A DNA stretch of 64,000 nucleotides from an uncultured delta proteobacterium. Its GTDB lineage: Bacteria > Desulfobacterota > Binatia > UBA9968. This document shows positions 62,265 through 64,000 of the stretch, one piece after another. The position numbers were made by a program, and so were the translations under genes. Within the stretch, counting starts at the first letter, position 1; every line of letters starts with the position of its first letter. The notes beneath the pieces are model-generated. The model had not been told where the DNA came from. It ran no database searches and was given only the letters and a program-made list of their open reading frames with translations. Location of the stretch: NCBI GenBank assembly GCA_963771465.1, contig CAVYTU010000015.1, forward strand, positions 416,001-480,000, given 5' to 3'.

Positions 62265-63071
62265 ATGAGTAACGAATGGGTCGATTATTTAAGGGCGGCA
62301 TGGCAAGCCGCGAACGCAGCGGGCGAAATCATCCGCGCTAACTGGCAACAACCGAAAAATATCGACTACAAAGGCGCCATCGACTTGGTCACTTCGGTGG
62401 ACCGTGAGTGCGAGCGAAAAATCGTCCGCATCATACAGGAAAACTTTCCCGGCCATTCGATCTTGGCCGAAGAAGAGACGAATGTTGAAGCTCCCCAGAG
62501 CCCCTACCGCTGGATCATCGATCCGCTCGACGGCACAACCAATTTTGCCCACGGCTACCCGCAGTTGTGCGTCTCCATTGCGCTGGAGCAAAACAGCGAA
62601 ATCATCGTCGGCCTCGTTTACGATCCACTGCGCCGCGAGTGTTTCAGAGCGGTTCGAGGTCAAGGTGCCACACTCAACGGCCAGCCTATACAAACTTCGC
62701 CGGTCAAAGAATTAGACAAAGCTCTGCTCGCCACCGGTTTTCCGTACGATCATCGCGAGCACGCCGATTTTTACCTGAGTTATTTCAAAGCGTTCATGAC
62801 CCGCTGCCAGGGCATCCGTCGTAACGGCGCGGCAGCGCTCGATCTGTGCTACGTCGCCTGCGGCCGCCTCGATGGTTTTTGGGAGTTAAAGCTAAAACCC
62901 TGGGATATCGCCGCCGGCGCGCTTATCGTCGGCGAAGCCGGTGGCAAGCTCAGCAACTTTTCCGGCGCGCCGTTGCTACTTTCGGGCAACGAATCGCTGG
63001 CCGCCAACGCCCAACTTCACGAGGAAATGGTGCGGGTTGCGAGCGCAGTAACGCGATCGCACGTTGACTGA
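62265..63071 (+). CDS. suhB: Inositol monophosphatase
   Basis: DLVT.VD, AEE, WIIDPLDGTTNF, LCYVACGRLDG and PWDIAAG motifs. Confidence 0.95.
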   Translation: MSNEWVDYLRAAWQAANAAGEIIRANWQQPKNIDYKGAIDLVTSVDRECERKIVRIIQENFPGHSILAEEETNVEAPQSPYRWIIDPLDGTTNFAHGYPQLCVSIALEQNSEIIVGLVYDPLRRECFRAVRGQGATLNGQPIQTSPVKELDKALLATGFPYDHREHADFYLSYFKAFMTRCQGIRRNGAAALDLCYVACGRLDGFWELKLKPWDIAAGALIVGEAGGKLSNFSGAPLLLSGNESLAANAQLHEEMVRVASAVTRSHVD

Positions 63072-63102
63072 TGTGCCACCCGATGATAGAAAACTTCACC
63101 GC

Positions 63103-63177
63103 GCGCCCGTAGTGAAAAGGATATCACGAAGGCCTCCGAAGCCTTAAGTCCGAGTTCGAGTCTCGGCGGGCGCACCA
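63103..63177 (+). tRNA. tRNA-Arg(CCG)
   Basis: GCGCCCG/CGGGCGC acceptor stem, D-stem GTGA/TCAC, anticodon arm AAGGC-CTCCGAA-GCCTT, GTTCGAGT T-loop, ACCA end. Confidence 0.93.
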
Positions 63178-63201
63178 CCTAATTCCCAAGTAAATTTTTC
63201 G

Positions 63202-63441
63202 CTACGCATTTAAGTCGAGCCTACTGGTGCCGCTAATCGTGTCGCCGAGATCGTCGTTACGGCGATAACGCAATTGATGGATATGCCGCACCACCTGGCC
63301 TTCCGGCTCCGTTCGGCTGGCCACGGCGGTTGTGGAATCGATCTCTTGATGAACAGCCGCCACCGTTTCGGCAATGGATCGTCCGGCACTCGCGGACTCG
63401 TTGGCCGCTACGCTCGTGGCCGTGACGGGATCATTAGCCAT
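63202..63441 (-). CDS. Small protein, weakly FlaG-like
   Basis: EGQVVRHI and terminal LDLNA loosely resemble the FlaG C-terminus; start uncertain. Confidence 0.3.
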   Translation of the reverse strand: MANDPVTATSVAANESASAGRSIAETVAAVHQEIDSTTAVASRTEPEGQVVRHIHQLRYRRNDDLGDTISGTSRLDLNA

Positions 63442-63639
63442 GACGGATGTGGAAAGAAACCGGCGTGCAGCGAAACTTAACTTGCGCGCTCGCAACGGCG
63501 CGGGACTGCGAAGTATCGATGGCACTCAGCCAATGATGGAAGTAAGAAAGTTCAGCGCGGCGAAAAATGGACAGGCGACCGTGGAATCCAGGCGGCCATG
63601 CCAGAGCGAGCGCGGATCGCACAAGACGCAATACGAACG

Positions 63640-63975
63640 CTAAAGCGATCGCTGGAGAAACCCTGGCAAGCCGGGGCTGGCATTGTTGGCGAGAAATTTT
63701 CTAAGACGCCGCGCCGTGGCGATCTCGCCGCCAAGAAGCGTCAATCGCGCATCGAGTCGGGAAAGAATTGTGGCGTCGAGTCCAAGGATCTCGTCGATCA
63801 GGGACTTCACCAAGCGCTGTTCGCTGTCGTCGAGCGGCGCGCTATCAAGCTCACGAAATATTTGGTCGCGTTGGCCGAGCCAATCTTGCAGCCACGATGG
63901 TTCCAACTCGACGTTGGCGACCATCTCGACGCCACCGGCGATGACTCGTTCAAGATCTTCAATGATTGTACGCAT
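63640..63975 (-). CDS. Small helical protein, possibly a FliT-like flagellar chaperone
   Basis: QRDQIF...LIDEILGLDATI pattern; about 110 aa and probably all-alpha. Confidence 0.4.
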   Translation of the reverse strand: MRTIIEDLERVIAGGVEMVANVELEPSWLQDWLGQRDQIFRELDSAPLDDSEQRLVKSLIDEILGLDATILSRLDARLTLLGGEIATARRLRKFLANNASPGLPGFLQRSL

Positions 63976-64000
63976 CAAGCACCCCGAGAGCGATTTTCTT

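Noticed and set aside
63103-63200. tRNA-Arg as an island integration site
   Set aside because: I saw no duplicated tRNA 3' end and no integrase within the window.

Overview
A GC-rich bacterial chromosome segment. The gene order ispE-spoVG-tRNA-Gln-prs-rplY-pth-rpsF-rpsR-DUF2232-rplI and the many orphan substrate-binding proteins suggest a deltaproteobacteria-like lineage such as Ca. Binatia (inference). About 12 genes, including essential metG, carry 1-2 nt frameshifts that are best read as sequencing or assembly indels. Contents in order: sigma54-driven glnK-amtB; nitrilase and USP; a 14 kb metal/iron-uptake locus (DtxR-family regulator divergent from phnDCE-like ABC, cytochrome c-FTR1 and a Com-like zinc ribbon, then exbB-exbD-tonB-hemP-TonB receptor-piuC-DUF3016-PepSY/flavodoxin-DUF4198, converging on bacterioferritin); tatD-metG-holB-tmk; minor type IV pilins; a Na+-translocating acyl-CoA decarboxylase; a sensor kinase; two moeA genes beside a cluster with two divergent AOR-family oxidoreductases and orphan binding proteins; a ribosomal/housekeeping block; two tRNAs; and the edge of a probable flagellar locus. 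The best candidate for an undescribed system is RNA-level control of the iron locus. A phage-Mu-Com-like zinc-ribbon gene sits directly before a promoter whose leader has tandem repeats overlapping a terminator hairpin (a probable attenuator). Further downstream, hemP is followed by a CCAG-repeat, two-state RNA switch that can hide the receptor's start codon. The two operons also share a near-identical promoter/operator.
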